Below, one piece after another: positions 53,336 to 64,000 of a stretch of 64,000 nucleotides of DNA; positions within the stretch are counted from its first letter, which is position 1; every line of letters begins with the position of its first letter. The DNA lies in contig JAAILG010000144.1 in assembly GCA_012026655.1 (NCBI GenBank), positions 62,001 to 126,000 on the forward strand, written 5' to 3'. Position numbers and translations under genes: made by a program. Below the pieces are notes generated by a model. That model saw only the letters and a list, made by a program, of their open reading frames with translations. It ran no database searches and was not told where the DNA came from. Source of the DNA: Hydrolagus affinis (lineage: Eukaryota).

Positions 53336-53601
53336 ATAATGATAATCCTTACATTTGATATAGCGCTTTTCATGTCTTCCAGATGTCTCAAAGCGCTTCA
53401 CTGAAGATACTGGGGGCAGCCAATTGCACACAGCAGTGTCCCACAAACAGTCATGGGTTGAAATGAGCAATTTTTGGTGGGGAGAGATTATCATCAGATG
53501 TGTGGAGCGAGGAAACCTGCCCAAGGTTTTGCCCCCTGCCTGGAATCGAACCCAGGCTTCCCCCTGTGTAAGGCGAAAGCACAACTGAGCTACAGGACTC
53601 C
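53336..53601 (-). mobile_element. tRNA-derived SINE with head, short form, internal deletions
   Basis: Tail to head homology. Confidence 0.92.
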
Positions 53602-54361
53602 TCTAAATCGAAAAACAAAGATTCCCTCAGAGATTGAAAATAATGTCTGCTGAATTTGTTCACTAATATACGGAACCAATGAGGTTTGTATATCTTAAAC
53701 CAGGTCCATGCATGGAAAATGGTCCAGTTCTGCCTCCAGATTTCTTTTTGTATTGATGGTAAATCAAGCAGAAAATATGCTTTTTATTTCATGTCAGTGA
53801 GCTTCTGGTGATTGCATTTAAATTCTAGCAGTGTTTCCTTCATGTGACAAGCGGCAAATCCTTTGTAAGGTGACGTATCCAATCAAAGAATTACAACAGC
53901 AACATTTATATAGTGATTTCAAGTCAGGAGGACATCTCTAAGTGCTTTGCATGGCTGACTGGGTTGACTGGGAGCCTGAACTGCTTGGGGGAGGTGTGTG
54001 GGGGAAGAAGAAAAGCTTAGATTGTATTTTGTATATGGAGCGTACAAATGTTTCAAACCATTAATTTAATTTATGAATTTCTGTCACTGAACCAGTTTCA
54101 GCAGAGCAAATTCAGCCATTCTTTGGCATTAGAGCTTGTTAAAACAGTCCTTTATCCAGCAACAATATCATCTATGTAATTCCACTGAAATTGAATCGTA
54201 TACCTCACGACATTTCACTCTTTGCACCAAGATCAAACCAAGAAGCAAAACAACCCTGCATGGCTTGGTTTGACCCGACTAATCCTAATACGATTAATCA
54301 ATGGGGATTGCTGGAAACTGGAAATCGAAAATAAATAATTCTGGCAGCAATATTGCTCAGC

Positions 54362-54651
54362 TAATAACAATAATAATAATCATCCTTGCATTTGATATAG
54401 CACTTTTCACGTCTTTCACTAAACATCTCAAAGTGCTTCACAGAATATACTGTGAAGTGAATTGACTGTAAATGTGGGCAAAACACAGTAGGCAATTGCG
54501 TAAATGTGTCCCACAAACATTCGTGGATTGAAATGGTTATTATTAGGCTTGTGGAGTAAAGAAACTTGCTCAAGCTTTCACCCCGCCTGGAATTGAACCC
54601 AGTTGTCTCGCTGGTAAGACGAGTGCTCTAACCACTGAGCCACAGGACTCC
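54362..54651 (-). mobile_element. tRNA-derived SINE, full length, short form
   Basis: Tail to head homology. Confidence 0.93.
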
Positions 54652-54842
54652 ACACCAATGCACCAAACTAATGGAGCTAATACACCAAACCCAGACTAAC
54701 ACAAATTAAATTTCTTCTCTAAGTGAAAACAAAGCAATCTGGAGAAAGAAACTGGATTGAAAAATCTCTTGCTGTGAAATTCTTCTCTGCCAAAGAGCTG
54801 TGCGCAAATCCACCATGTAGTGAATGATCAATTTTACTTGAT

Positions 54843-54990
54843 AGATTGTTGGCTAGGGCAATGAGAGAAACTCCCCTCTCTTTTTGAATTATGCCATGGG
54901 ATCTTTAACGTCCACAAAAACAGACAAAAGAGACCTTGGTTTAACGTGTCACCCGAAGGAGTGCACCTGTGACAAAGCAACACTGTATAG
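54843..54990 (-). mobile_element. Deu-domain SINE fragment
   Basis: TGCCATGGGATCTTTAACGTCCAC...GGTTTAACGTGTCACCCGAAG. Confidence 0.78.
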
Positions 54991-55759
54991 GGAATAAACA
55001 TGAAAAGGTACAGTATAAATAGGGCATTAATGTCTTCCCAAATGCTACTCATTAAACTACTTTTGGCATATTATGGATTCCTAGTAAAATATTTTCAAAT
55101 AAAAATCAGTTATTAGTGAAGTAACAAAAAAACACACACTAAAATACTTAAAATAGCGAGGGACTGGGTCATGGGACATCACCATTTGGGGTATGAATTC
55201 ATCTAGCAAGCAAACAACCCCTGGGAACCCCATTGTGCTGGATAGTATTGGACGTATAAATCTTTGCAAAAGTGCAGATTGGAATTAATCATATGTATTA
55301 TATTAGTGCCAACATTTTAATAGGATTTTTGGACCTGTGGAGCGAAGCCAAATATGAAATATAGAAACATGAAAGAAGGTACCAGTAATTGCAAAATAAC
55401 ATGCAAATCAATTACGCCAGATGCAAGTTTAAATAAATTTGAACGTAAAATTCCTTCCAAACAAATAAAACGTTGTGAATTAAGTTCAACTGAGGTGAAA
55501 GTGAAACTACGAGTGTTAACACGGCAAAAGGAACAGGAGCAAGCGATTTAGCTGAAACTGGGCTCAATACATTGCCTCTTGAAGTTTAAAGCCTGCCATT
55601 TAAACCAAAAGCAACACAATACTAATGGGATAATGGCTTGTAACCAAAATGTGAACCAGTGCAATTCAGGTTGTTTCAAAGTGTTTGAAAATAAAAATAA
55701 CAATTGAATTTTCTCCCGGACGCCACTGTGAATGCTGAGCCTTCTGATCTCATGAGATT

Positions 55760-55990
55760 AGTTGGAACGTACTGTAGACACTTCGGCCATCTGATCTCAT
55801 TCTTCCAAAACATCCAATGCCCTGGGCCTCAACCATCCTTCCTGGCAACCTGCTGCAGTTGTCAATGACCCTATGGGCAAAGAATAAAAATAGAAACCCT
55901 AGCTTCTGTCCTGAAATTGCCCTTTACAACTCCAAACCAGTGTCCTGTTCCTGGTACATCGTGCCACTTTATTCTGGGTTTACTCTTTCC
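55760..55990 (-). mobile_element. Degenerate CR1 3' fragment
   Basis: GCCTCAACCATCCTTCCTGGCAACCTGCTGCAG...ACCCTATGGGCAAAGAA reads as FFAHRVI...LPGRMVEA on the minus strand, like the CR1 ORF2 end. Confidence 0.6.
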
Positions 55991-56100
55991 AAACCCGGTT
56001 AAAAATGGCAAAAGTCTCCCTCCAGGATGCCGTATCTCAAGAACAAGGAGCCCGAGCTTGTCTGACCATTTGCTGGGAACACTGGCGAGCGCTTAAGTAT

Positions 56101-56255
56101 CATTGGCACCGGGGAGATGAAAGATTGTCCTATTTCTCATCCAGTGACCTCTGCCGCAAAGGGTGCCAAGCGTGAGCGGCAAGTGGATAAATGCCAGGCT
56201 CAGCTGCAATGCCCTGATGGTTAAACAGCCTGCTGGCAATCATTGTCTGAGGCAA
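56101..56255 (-). repeat. Unclassified old interspersed repeat, copy 4
   Basis: Reverse complement CAGCAGGCTGTTTAACCATCAGGGCATTGCAGCTGAGCC...GGCAGAGGTCACTGGAT. Confidence 0.55.
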
Positions 56256-56452
56256 CAAGAATAGCCACATGGTTGCCTGATGGCAGCTGCTTGCTGTCTG
56301 TTAAACTCTGAGTGAGCACCTGCAGGAATGGTGGACCCGATTAATGTGAAATAAACATGTCATACTGCTAACGTTCATATTCAAATGACAGCAGAGATGT
56401 TGAATAAAGATCAATTCATTCCACACCCACAATTGTTTCACAATTAGCCATT

Positions 56453-56650
56453 ATAACAATTCTGATTATTGTTCCTTATCACATCGGGGGAAAATGTCTC
56501 AAAGCTATGCATGGGATTTTTTTTAAAACTTTCAAGTGTAGTGACTGCACGAGAGAAATCTAGTAGCGCAATTTGCGAATAAGAATGTTTCACAGCCAGC
56601 AATGAAGAGAATGATCAAATTCTGTCTGGAGGATTGTCGGCCAGGACATT
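56453..56650 (-). mobile_element. Old Deu-SINE 3' portion
   Basis: TGTCTCAAAGC...AAGTGTAGTGACTG...CAATTTGCG...GATTGTCGGCCAGGACA. Confidence 0.6.
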
Positions 56651-57367
56651 CTGTACCTGAGTTGAAACGGATTCGTCTATGAAACAACATGATTCAATTA
56701 TCGAGTTTAAGACCTCTACGGATAGAACATACTGATTAAAGTTGCCGAGTTCCGTAACCTGGCAATAATGATAAAGATAGGATCATTTTTTAAAAATCAA
56801 GGCCACTGTAGATTCAATGGACATTTCTCTCCGCAGCGGGCAGGCTTCATGACTGAGCCAAGGAATGGCCACAAAATTAGAAATTATAATGCAGACTGCA
56901 TTTATTGCTTCTCATTTTACAGCCACAAACGTGCGAATATCAGCCAGTCAGTGGGCGAGGCAAACATTTTGAGTAAATGAGTGTGCGTGTGTGGGAGGGG
57001 GAAAGAGAGAAAATATATTATCAACAATTTTGAAATACCTTCCTCCCCACCCATCTGCAAGAATCGGAAATATAGATTTGTTTTTCTCCCCACACCTTAT
57101 ACTCTTTTTTGGGGGCCTTTTTCAGACCGTGTTAAATGTTAACTTGCAAATCTAAACCAAAACTGGATGTTTGTGGAGATGAAATGACAGCTTCCAGAGT
57201 TTAAAAAACAAACAAACTCATGCAGTCCAGAAATGATTCCAAGATAAGAATAATGCAGTGTTATGGTGCAGCATCAAACTACAAAAATGTCATTTTAAAT
57301 GCTCAGTGATAGAAAATAAAAGCATTTGATACACGAGAGTAGCATTAATTATCAACTCTTATGCTGT

Positions 57368-57674
57368 GGAGTCCTGTAACTCAGTGATTAGAGCATTTAC
57401 CTTGCAAATGAGAGACCTGGGTTCGATTCCAGGGAAGGCAAAACCTTGGGCAAGTTTCTTTACTACACACACCTCATAATAATCCCTCAAGAAACAATAA
57501 ATAAATTGGTTATTTCAACCCACTGTTTGTGGGACACTGCTGTGTGCAATTGGCTTCCGTGTTTCGATCACAAAATATACAGTCAATTCGCTTTACAGTA
57601 TACTCTATGAAACGCTTTGAGAGGTCTAGAAGATGGAAAAAGTGCTACATCAAATGCAAGGATTATTATTATTA
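57368..57674 (+). mobile_element. tRNA-derived SINE, full length, short form
   Basis: GGAGTCCTGTAACTCAGTG...GGGTTCGATTCC through (TTA)n. Confidence 0.94.
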
Positions 57675-58397
57675 TGTTGATCTTGCTGATGTTACCCTGC
57701 AGACAAACAGTACTTGGTAAGATTTCAAACGTAAAAGAATTGAAGGCTTTCAGAAAGTAGCCAGTTGCGACAGCAAAGTGTTCATTATTTTCCCTTCAGC
57801 TTGATTCATAACCAAAAAATGCTAATTCGAGAATATGATTTTGCAACTCTGCACAAGGAGATGCAGTACACGATAAATAACTCAATAAGCTACTAAGTAA
57901 AAGGGCACATCGTCACACCGCTCTTATTTTGTCTGACATTTACTTTGTGGGCAGCGACTGAATACAAATAGGGTTTGAAACTGAAGATCGGAAAGGCTCC
58001 ATAATTTGGAACTTGAAGTATGAAATTCCTTTTGGAAAGAGCTGACTCTTTTGTGGTATGTGTTGGTTGGAGGTTCATCCAACAATTAATTGGTTAAAAT
58101 GAATTGTTCTGTTGCATATCGTACCCACGGCATCCCTGGTGATCATGCCTGAAAGTTAGTGTTTTGACGGAGTGGCTATTTAGAACTCGAAAGAGCAAGT
58201 ATAAGAACAAGGTTATGGAATGGCTAATAAGTGCTTATTTTTTTAAAAGAATAAGCGCTGTTATTTTTAAAAATCAGTCGCTAAGTCAACTTTTGATAAT
58301 CATTAAAAATCATAATGTCCAGCGTCTCTTTCAATACACCTCCAAACTGTTTAAGTTTAAAACTTACTTATACTCTGGCTGGAGTGTAAACCCACTT

Positions 58398-58510
58398 TAA
58401 TAATAGTAATCCTTGCATTTGATGTAGTACCTCATCACGTCATTGAAACATCTCAAAGGGTTTCACAGAATTTTTCTTAAAAAAAGAGAATCCACTGTGT
58501 ATTTTTGCGA
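58398..58510 (-). mobile_element. SINE 3' fragment
   Basis: TAATCCTTGCATTTGAT...ACATCTCAAAG...TTCACAGAAT. Confidence 0.8.
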
Positions 58511-60769
58511 TTGAAATTTTAAACTGCGCCCAGTCATTTTCACTTTCCTTTCTTTAACGCTGACTTTCTCAGGTATCAACAGATTTTAAGAGAAAACTGC
58601 GTATACGAAGGAAATAGAGTGGAACAGAAGGGGTTGCGTGGATCATGTGTGGCATAAACACTGCCGTGGACTAACTTTGCATCACTCTATGTAACACTAT
58701 GTATCATCTAAGTAGTTCATATTTACTTTAGATACAATAAGTAAATGTTATAGTCAGATTGTTCTTAAGGTTTGGTGGTAGGACTGAATGGACACCCCAT
58801 ATTAAGGCAAGTCAAAGAGGCTACTGGGCATTTTCATTTGTAAAAAACAAATGAAGACGTTTTCTATTAAAACATCTACAAAGTACACAGGATTGTTTGC
58901 ATCTTATTCCTGAGATGCTAATAACATCTGTTCCATGAAGATTTCACCATCCATAATACAGAGAAGCCGAACATGGGAGAAGGGAACAAGAAAAAAGCCA
59001 TGAACATGACATGGAAAGAATGAGAAATTAAACAAAAAAAGCCTTGGGCATAAAGGCAAATTAAACTGGAGAGTAGGTGAAATAATGTTTCAAGGCTTTC
59101 TGGTATATTGTACCAACGTACATAGGACATCCGATATCATACACAAGAGTTTATTTTCAGCCCTGATTTGAAGCAGGTGCAGTCTTTGTGACAATAGCAC
59201 TCATTTCCTGCGACCAGCTGATGTACATAACAGCAAACATTTGTCCATTAAACAAAAGCCCTCCAATTGTTTATCCATTAAATTATTAACGAAACACCAC
59301 GAGTATGAGCCAATAGTCACGATACAAATTGAATGTAACACGCAGCTTCTCAGAGCACGGCAGCAATGCAGTATTTTATTTTAAACAGATTTGATGCAGT
59401 ACCTAATACCAGTGATCATTTTTTTTCAATGCTTTGTTCAGCCAGGTGTCTGACGTGTGCAGAAACCTCACCAGCCTGCTTAAGAGTTCAGAAACCAGAC
59501 AGACATGTCACTAACACATGGAGATCTCCATTCCATGTGTCCGGAATGGATTGACATCAGCAAAGCCATCCACAGGTGTTCTTTTAGCAGTTTTTGTCCA
59601 TTCAATCCTTTCATATCAGCAGAAATGCAGCAATTAAGTACCAAGCTCATTTCTCAATGTACAAATACAATACAAAATTACATTTGTTATAGTGAGTTTC
59701 ATGTCGGGAGGACGTCCCAATGCACTGGAGAGTCACGCAGAACTTCAGTATCGCACACAAGGATTTTTTCCCCCAAAAAAAGTGTAAAAGCAGAAAATGT
59801 AAATCAGGCTTTTCTCTCCACATGACTGTACATCAGCACTGCCCACAGTGCAAATGCAGCACTAAATACATCACTTACTTCATTCACAGCCATCCTGCCT
59901 TTCTTCCGGTCAGCTTTTTCTTGAAGCGCTCTCTCACATACACTGTGTGATATTCCTAATGTAATATTTTCAGTGCAAATCAAATTTTTAAACTAGAGTC
60001 CTAAACAATTTGACAAATTCTAGGTACAAATTGCAAAAAGATACATCACAAATAACTGCTGCCACTCTCACGCTAACTCAGATATATTCCAATTCATTGT
60101 TGAGCCTTTCCCAGGTGCTAATTAAATATTGTTATTGCCTGGCTACAGGCATCCCTCCCACTGCTCCCCCTTAATCTCTCCTCTACCCTGTGCAGGACAC
60201 TTGAAAAATAATCACTGCCCTTAATTTAATTTAATTTAATTTAGAGTAAACCTGGGCACTCTGAACCTAGATCCCATCAGCAGAGACTCACAGCGTTAAA
60301 AATGCCGTTAACCTGGCAATGCCACTCAGGTGGTTGGTGAGGAAAGTATCACAAATTGGGGCTGGAGGAGATTTTGCTCTGCATCTAATCCATTGTTTAT
60401 GATGCTGGAAGTGACTGTGAACAAGTCAATGGATTTACATATCCTGCTCCTGCCTGTGACTGATGATCACAGAGCTTTGCTAACACCTGGGTCTTTAACA
60501 CTGTTAAGGAGCTCATTATCGTTCTCAGTCTTTCCAAGGAATTTTTTTTACACAGAGGCCTGCTTATCTGATTTGCCCTGTCTGTGTTTGTACTGGCGGC
60601 AGTATTCTATACATTGTTTGCAACAGTAATTTACAGTATGGGAAATATTACAGTATTATTTATGGGAAATCAGCATATAAAGGGCACATGAAACAGCCTT
60701 TAATGAATTCCCCCCTGACCAGTCTGCGAAAGTTGACATTCAAAAATATTACAGTTCCCAAATACAAAA

Positions 60770-60900
60770 TGCACAGTCACTACACTTTACAATATAACAA
60801 CAACAAAATTACATGTGTATAACCCTGAAATGCTTTGAGACATCCTCCTAAAATGAAAGGTGCTAATTCCAATGCAAGGATTAGGATTAGAAGGATTATT
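60770..60900 (+). mobile_element. Old SINE 3' fragment containing an antisense L2-tail remnant
   Basis: CAGTCACTACACTTTAC [AACAACAACAAAATTACATGTGTATA] TGAAATGCTTTGAGACATCC...AATGCAAGGATTA. Confidence 0.65.
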
Positions 60901-61654
60901 TTACTAATAGCTGTTCAGAAATGAGCGCAAAATTCCCCCTCAAAATAAGTTTCTCATAAAACAAAACGGGAATCAATCTAGGACAACTGGGATAAATAAA
61001 TGGACAGATTTCAGGTGGCAGAGTGTGTGTTATGGAAATCTGAGCTGCCTGTGAATTATGATGGCCTCTTACTACAGTACTTGGCGTGTTTCTTCCTCCA
61101 GCTACCCACTACTTTAGCTAATAAAATAAGCAGGTAAGTAACCCAAACTGTCAATGTTATGTCTTATGAGTTCTGACTCATGCCACTGCCTAATGCAGAA
61201 ATGTTCAATTCGTGCTGAGACCGAGTCGTTTAATGCAGACTGTGTCAGCACATTTCATCCCTCCAGTCGTTTAGTTTTGGCAGGCAAGTGACACCATTTG
61301 TTGTTGAACGACGGGGGCAAAAACATTGAAGTGGAAACATCAGCGAGACAAAAACTATGGGTGGAAACAGGATGAAATATTCCTCTTGTAGAACGGTCAA
61401 GAGATGAATGTCGGGGGGGGAATGTTGTGCGGTGTGGTAACTGGGCGCACTAACATTTTCAGGAAGACAGGTTTGGAGAGTGAAAGCACTGTTTTCAAAA
61501 ATACCATTCTTGTCTTAAGTGATTATCTCGCAATCGATCCTCCTCTCTTCGGCTCAACACTAATGATTAAAGATGCCCTTTTCCCCCACTTTGTGCTGTA
61601 CGTGAGAAATTCATCGGTATTTCTGAGTGAGACTGGAACGAATGCACCATTAAT

Positions 61655-61790
61655 TCATGGCTGTTTTGTGCGATTTTGGCTGTGGACAAATGGGCTGCCG
61701 CGTTCGCCCACAAGATACACAGTCACAGATAATCCTGTGAAGCGCTTTGAGATGTCCTCCTGACATGAAAGGTGCTACGTCAAATGCAAA
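61655..61790 (+). mobile_element. Old SINE 3' half
   Basis: GGCTGCCGCGTTCGCCCACAAG...CTGTGAAGCGCTTTGAGATGTCC...AAATGCAA. Confidence 0.8.
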
Positions 61791-62856
61791 AGTGAAACAA
61801 AAAAAAATGTATGCTTTAATTTTCCAAAAGGAAGCCTGTTCGATGTGCACAAGGCTAGGACAGTGAAAAGGTTTGTACTGCTGCCATCTTCTGGACAGTA
61901 CAGCGATGCATCTGCATTCAACTCCAACTCAAATCAGTCACCAGAGGAGTAATAAACGATTCCTCCAAAGCAATAAATTACATTATATAGATATTGTGAA
62001 ACTTTTAATGTCATTCACTTCAAGTACAATCAAGAGGCTAGCAATGAAAGGGCAGGGATTAACTTCAGAGCACAGTCTAAAATTAATATTTATTGCGTTC
62101 AGTGTCTGGAATTGTAAATGGGTGTTAGTGTGGTGTTGAACTCCCACTTCACACTTTGTCTCACTCGTTCGAGTTGTTCTGCTTGAAAATGTAATAACAA
62201 TTGCTAATCTGTTATAATCCTGTCAGGTAAACACAAACTAATCACAAAATTAGGTTCAATGTCATCTACAGATCAGTTTCACAATACGTGCAAAAGAAAA
62301 AAACATTTGAAGTAATAAAGTTTAATTTAAACTGTTATCTTGATGAATTAACCAAGCAAAGTATGAGTTCACTTGTGTTGGGATTTCCGATCTCGAGAGT
62401 TCAAAATAATGACCCAACAATCCTTGATAAAGGTATGGTGATTTAATGATTATAAGCAATTTTAGAATGAAAGAATAAAACAATCATACTATCAGTTCTA
62501 TGTAGAATACAATTCTGGATTCAGGCTGTTACACCATAGGCTGTTACACCAGGTTCAGCCTTCTCACAATACTCATTCCTTCTAACTTTCCTTCTCTAAC
62601 TGATCCTTCTCTGCCTATAAAACAAAACAGCTGGAACCATGACCTTTTCCAGGAGTTCTGGACAACAGTGGCAGGCTGGAGATCTCGGTTTACCCTGAGA
62701 CATTAGTATTTTTTGGTTATGAATCAAGCTGAAGGGAAAATAATGAACACTTTGCTGTTGCAACCGGTTACTTTCTGAAAGCCTTCAATTCTTTCAGGTT
62801 TGAAATCTTACCAGGTACTGTTTGTCTGCAGGGTAACATCAGCAAAATCAACATAC

Positions 62857-63120
62857 TAATAATAATAATCCTTGCATTTGATATAGCACTTTTTCCATCT
62901 TCTAGACGTCTCAAAGCGCTTCACAAAATATACTGTAAAGTGAATTGACTGTATAATCCTTGCATTTAATATAGTGCTGTCTCGTCAAGATGTCCTGAAG
63001 CATGTCACAGGATTTTACTGTGAAGTGTAGTGACTGTGTATTTAGACTTGAACACAGCAGCCAATTTGGGCCAGCAACAACCCACAAACGGCCATGGAGT
63101 GTAAAAGCAAAGTGCACCAA
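62857..63120 (-). mobile_element. Two tandem truncated SINE copies (young 62857-62953, older 62954-63120)
   Basis: Two successive TAATCCTTGCATTT tail starts. Confidence 0.85.
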
Positions 63121-63409
63121 CCTTTCAGTTCCATGGACATCTCCTCATTCACTTTGTAAAGGCATAAATAACATTTGTAGATTGACTCTGTTTGAATAAC
63201 AAATCTGAAAGCATTACGTTAACGAATCCTAGTTTTAAAATATATATTTTAAGATGTGCACAATTTATGTAATGAAGTATTTATGATTGTAAAATGATGG
63301 TAGTACAAATATCGGATTAATTACCATTACAGAATTTTTTATAAAAATCAAAAAGGATATGAGCTTAATATCTTTTCCTGTTATACATGATACATGATAT
63401 AACATTCGT

Positions 63410-63637
63410 CCACACAATATACAGTCAATTCACTTTACAGTGTATTCTGAGAAGCACTTTGAGACAACAACACCAGCAAAATTACATTTATTGAGCGCCT
63501 TTCATATCAGAAGAACATTCCAAGACGCTGAATAGTCAGCGGTCGGGACCTGAGCGTGGAGGAGGGGCAGGGTAGGGGGGATGTGAGGGAGAGAGGTGGG
63601 AGGATGCTATATCAAATGCAAGGATTATTACTATCAT
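63410..63637 (+). mobile_element. SINE 3' fragment interrupted by an antisense L2 3' end (63466-63603)
   Basis: ...GCACTTTGAGAC [AACAACACCAGCAAAATTACATTTATTGAGCGCCTTTCA...G-rich] GCTATATCAAATGCAAGGATTATTA. Confidence 0.8.
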
Positions 63638-63819
63638 CACAGTCGATTCCTGATAATGCAACCCCAGCAATATCCTGACTGAATTTATTTATGTATTTAT
63701 ACATATGGCTAACTTTTCCCTTGGAGCAAGCAGGTGTCAGGTATCTCTGTTCTATGTTTAAATCAGTTATTTCTGACTCATTTTATCTTTGCCCACCCAG
63801 CTTGGGTGCCCAGCTGGTA

Positions 63820-63890
63820 TTGTGAAGCGCTTTGGGCTGTCTTTCTAGCATGAAAGATGTTAAAGAAATGTAAATTTGTATTGTATTTTT
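63820..63890 (+). mobile_element. L2-type 3' terminus
   Basis: TGTGAAGCGCTTTGGG...TGAAAGATG...AAATGTAAATTTGTATTG. Confidence 0.6.
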
Positions 63891-64000
63891 CGTATTGGAA
63901 AGTGGAACCAAACCCTGCGGTTAAATGGTATTCAAACCATCAAAATTGGACACAATTCGGGAAGGGTTATGAATAAGTCTGAATCTTTCTTATTGCGAAT

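Noticed and set aside
1-64000. CRISPR array, operon or other prokaryotic system
   Set aside because: Sequence is vertebrate repeat-rich DNA with no regular repeat-spacer pattern and no long ORFs

Overview
AT-rich vertebrate non-coding DNA (a large intron or intergenic region) with no recognisable protein-coding gene; the listed ORFs are short and many overlap repeats. The repeat content (Deu-domain SINEs of the SacSINE1/AmnSINE1 type, CR1 and L2 3' ends, a shark-type Penelope-like palindrome) points to a cartilaginous fish, probably a chimaera such as Callorhinchus milii (inference). The window is dominated by a tRNA-headed SINE with an L2-type tail: 14 copies retain the head, many more are truncated, and three subfamilies are visible. 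The most notable items are an inverted Penelope-like insertion carrying a decayed minimal hammerhead ribozyme, nested in a SINE with a 14-bp target-site duplication (31446-31686); a CpG-retaining ~400-bp multi-hairpin element (24966-25361); a perfect 23-bp hairpin (9088-9137); an unclassified old repeat family; and a few unverified candidate exons. Family names come from recalled consensus motifs, not database searches, and boundaries of old repeats are approximate.
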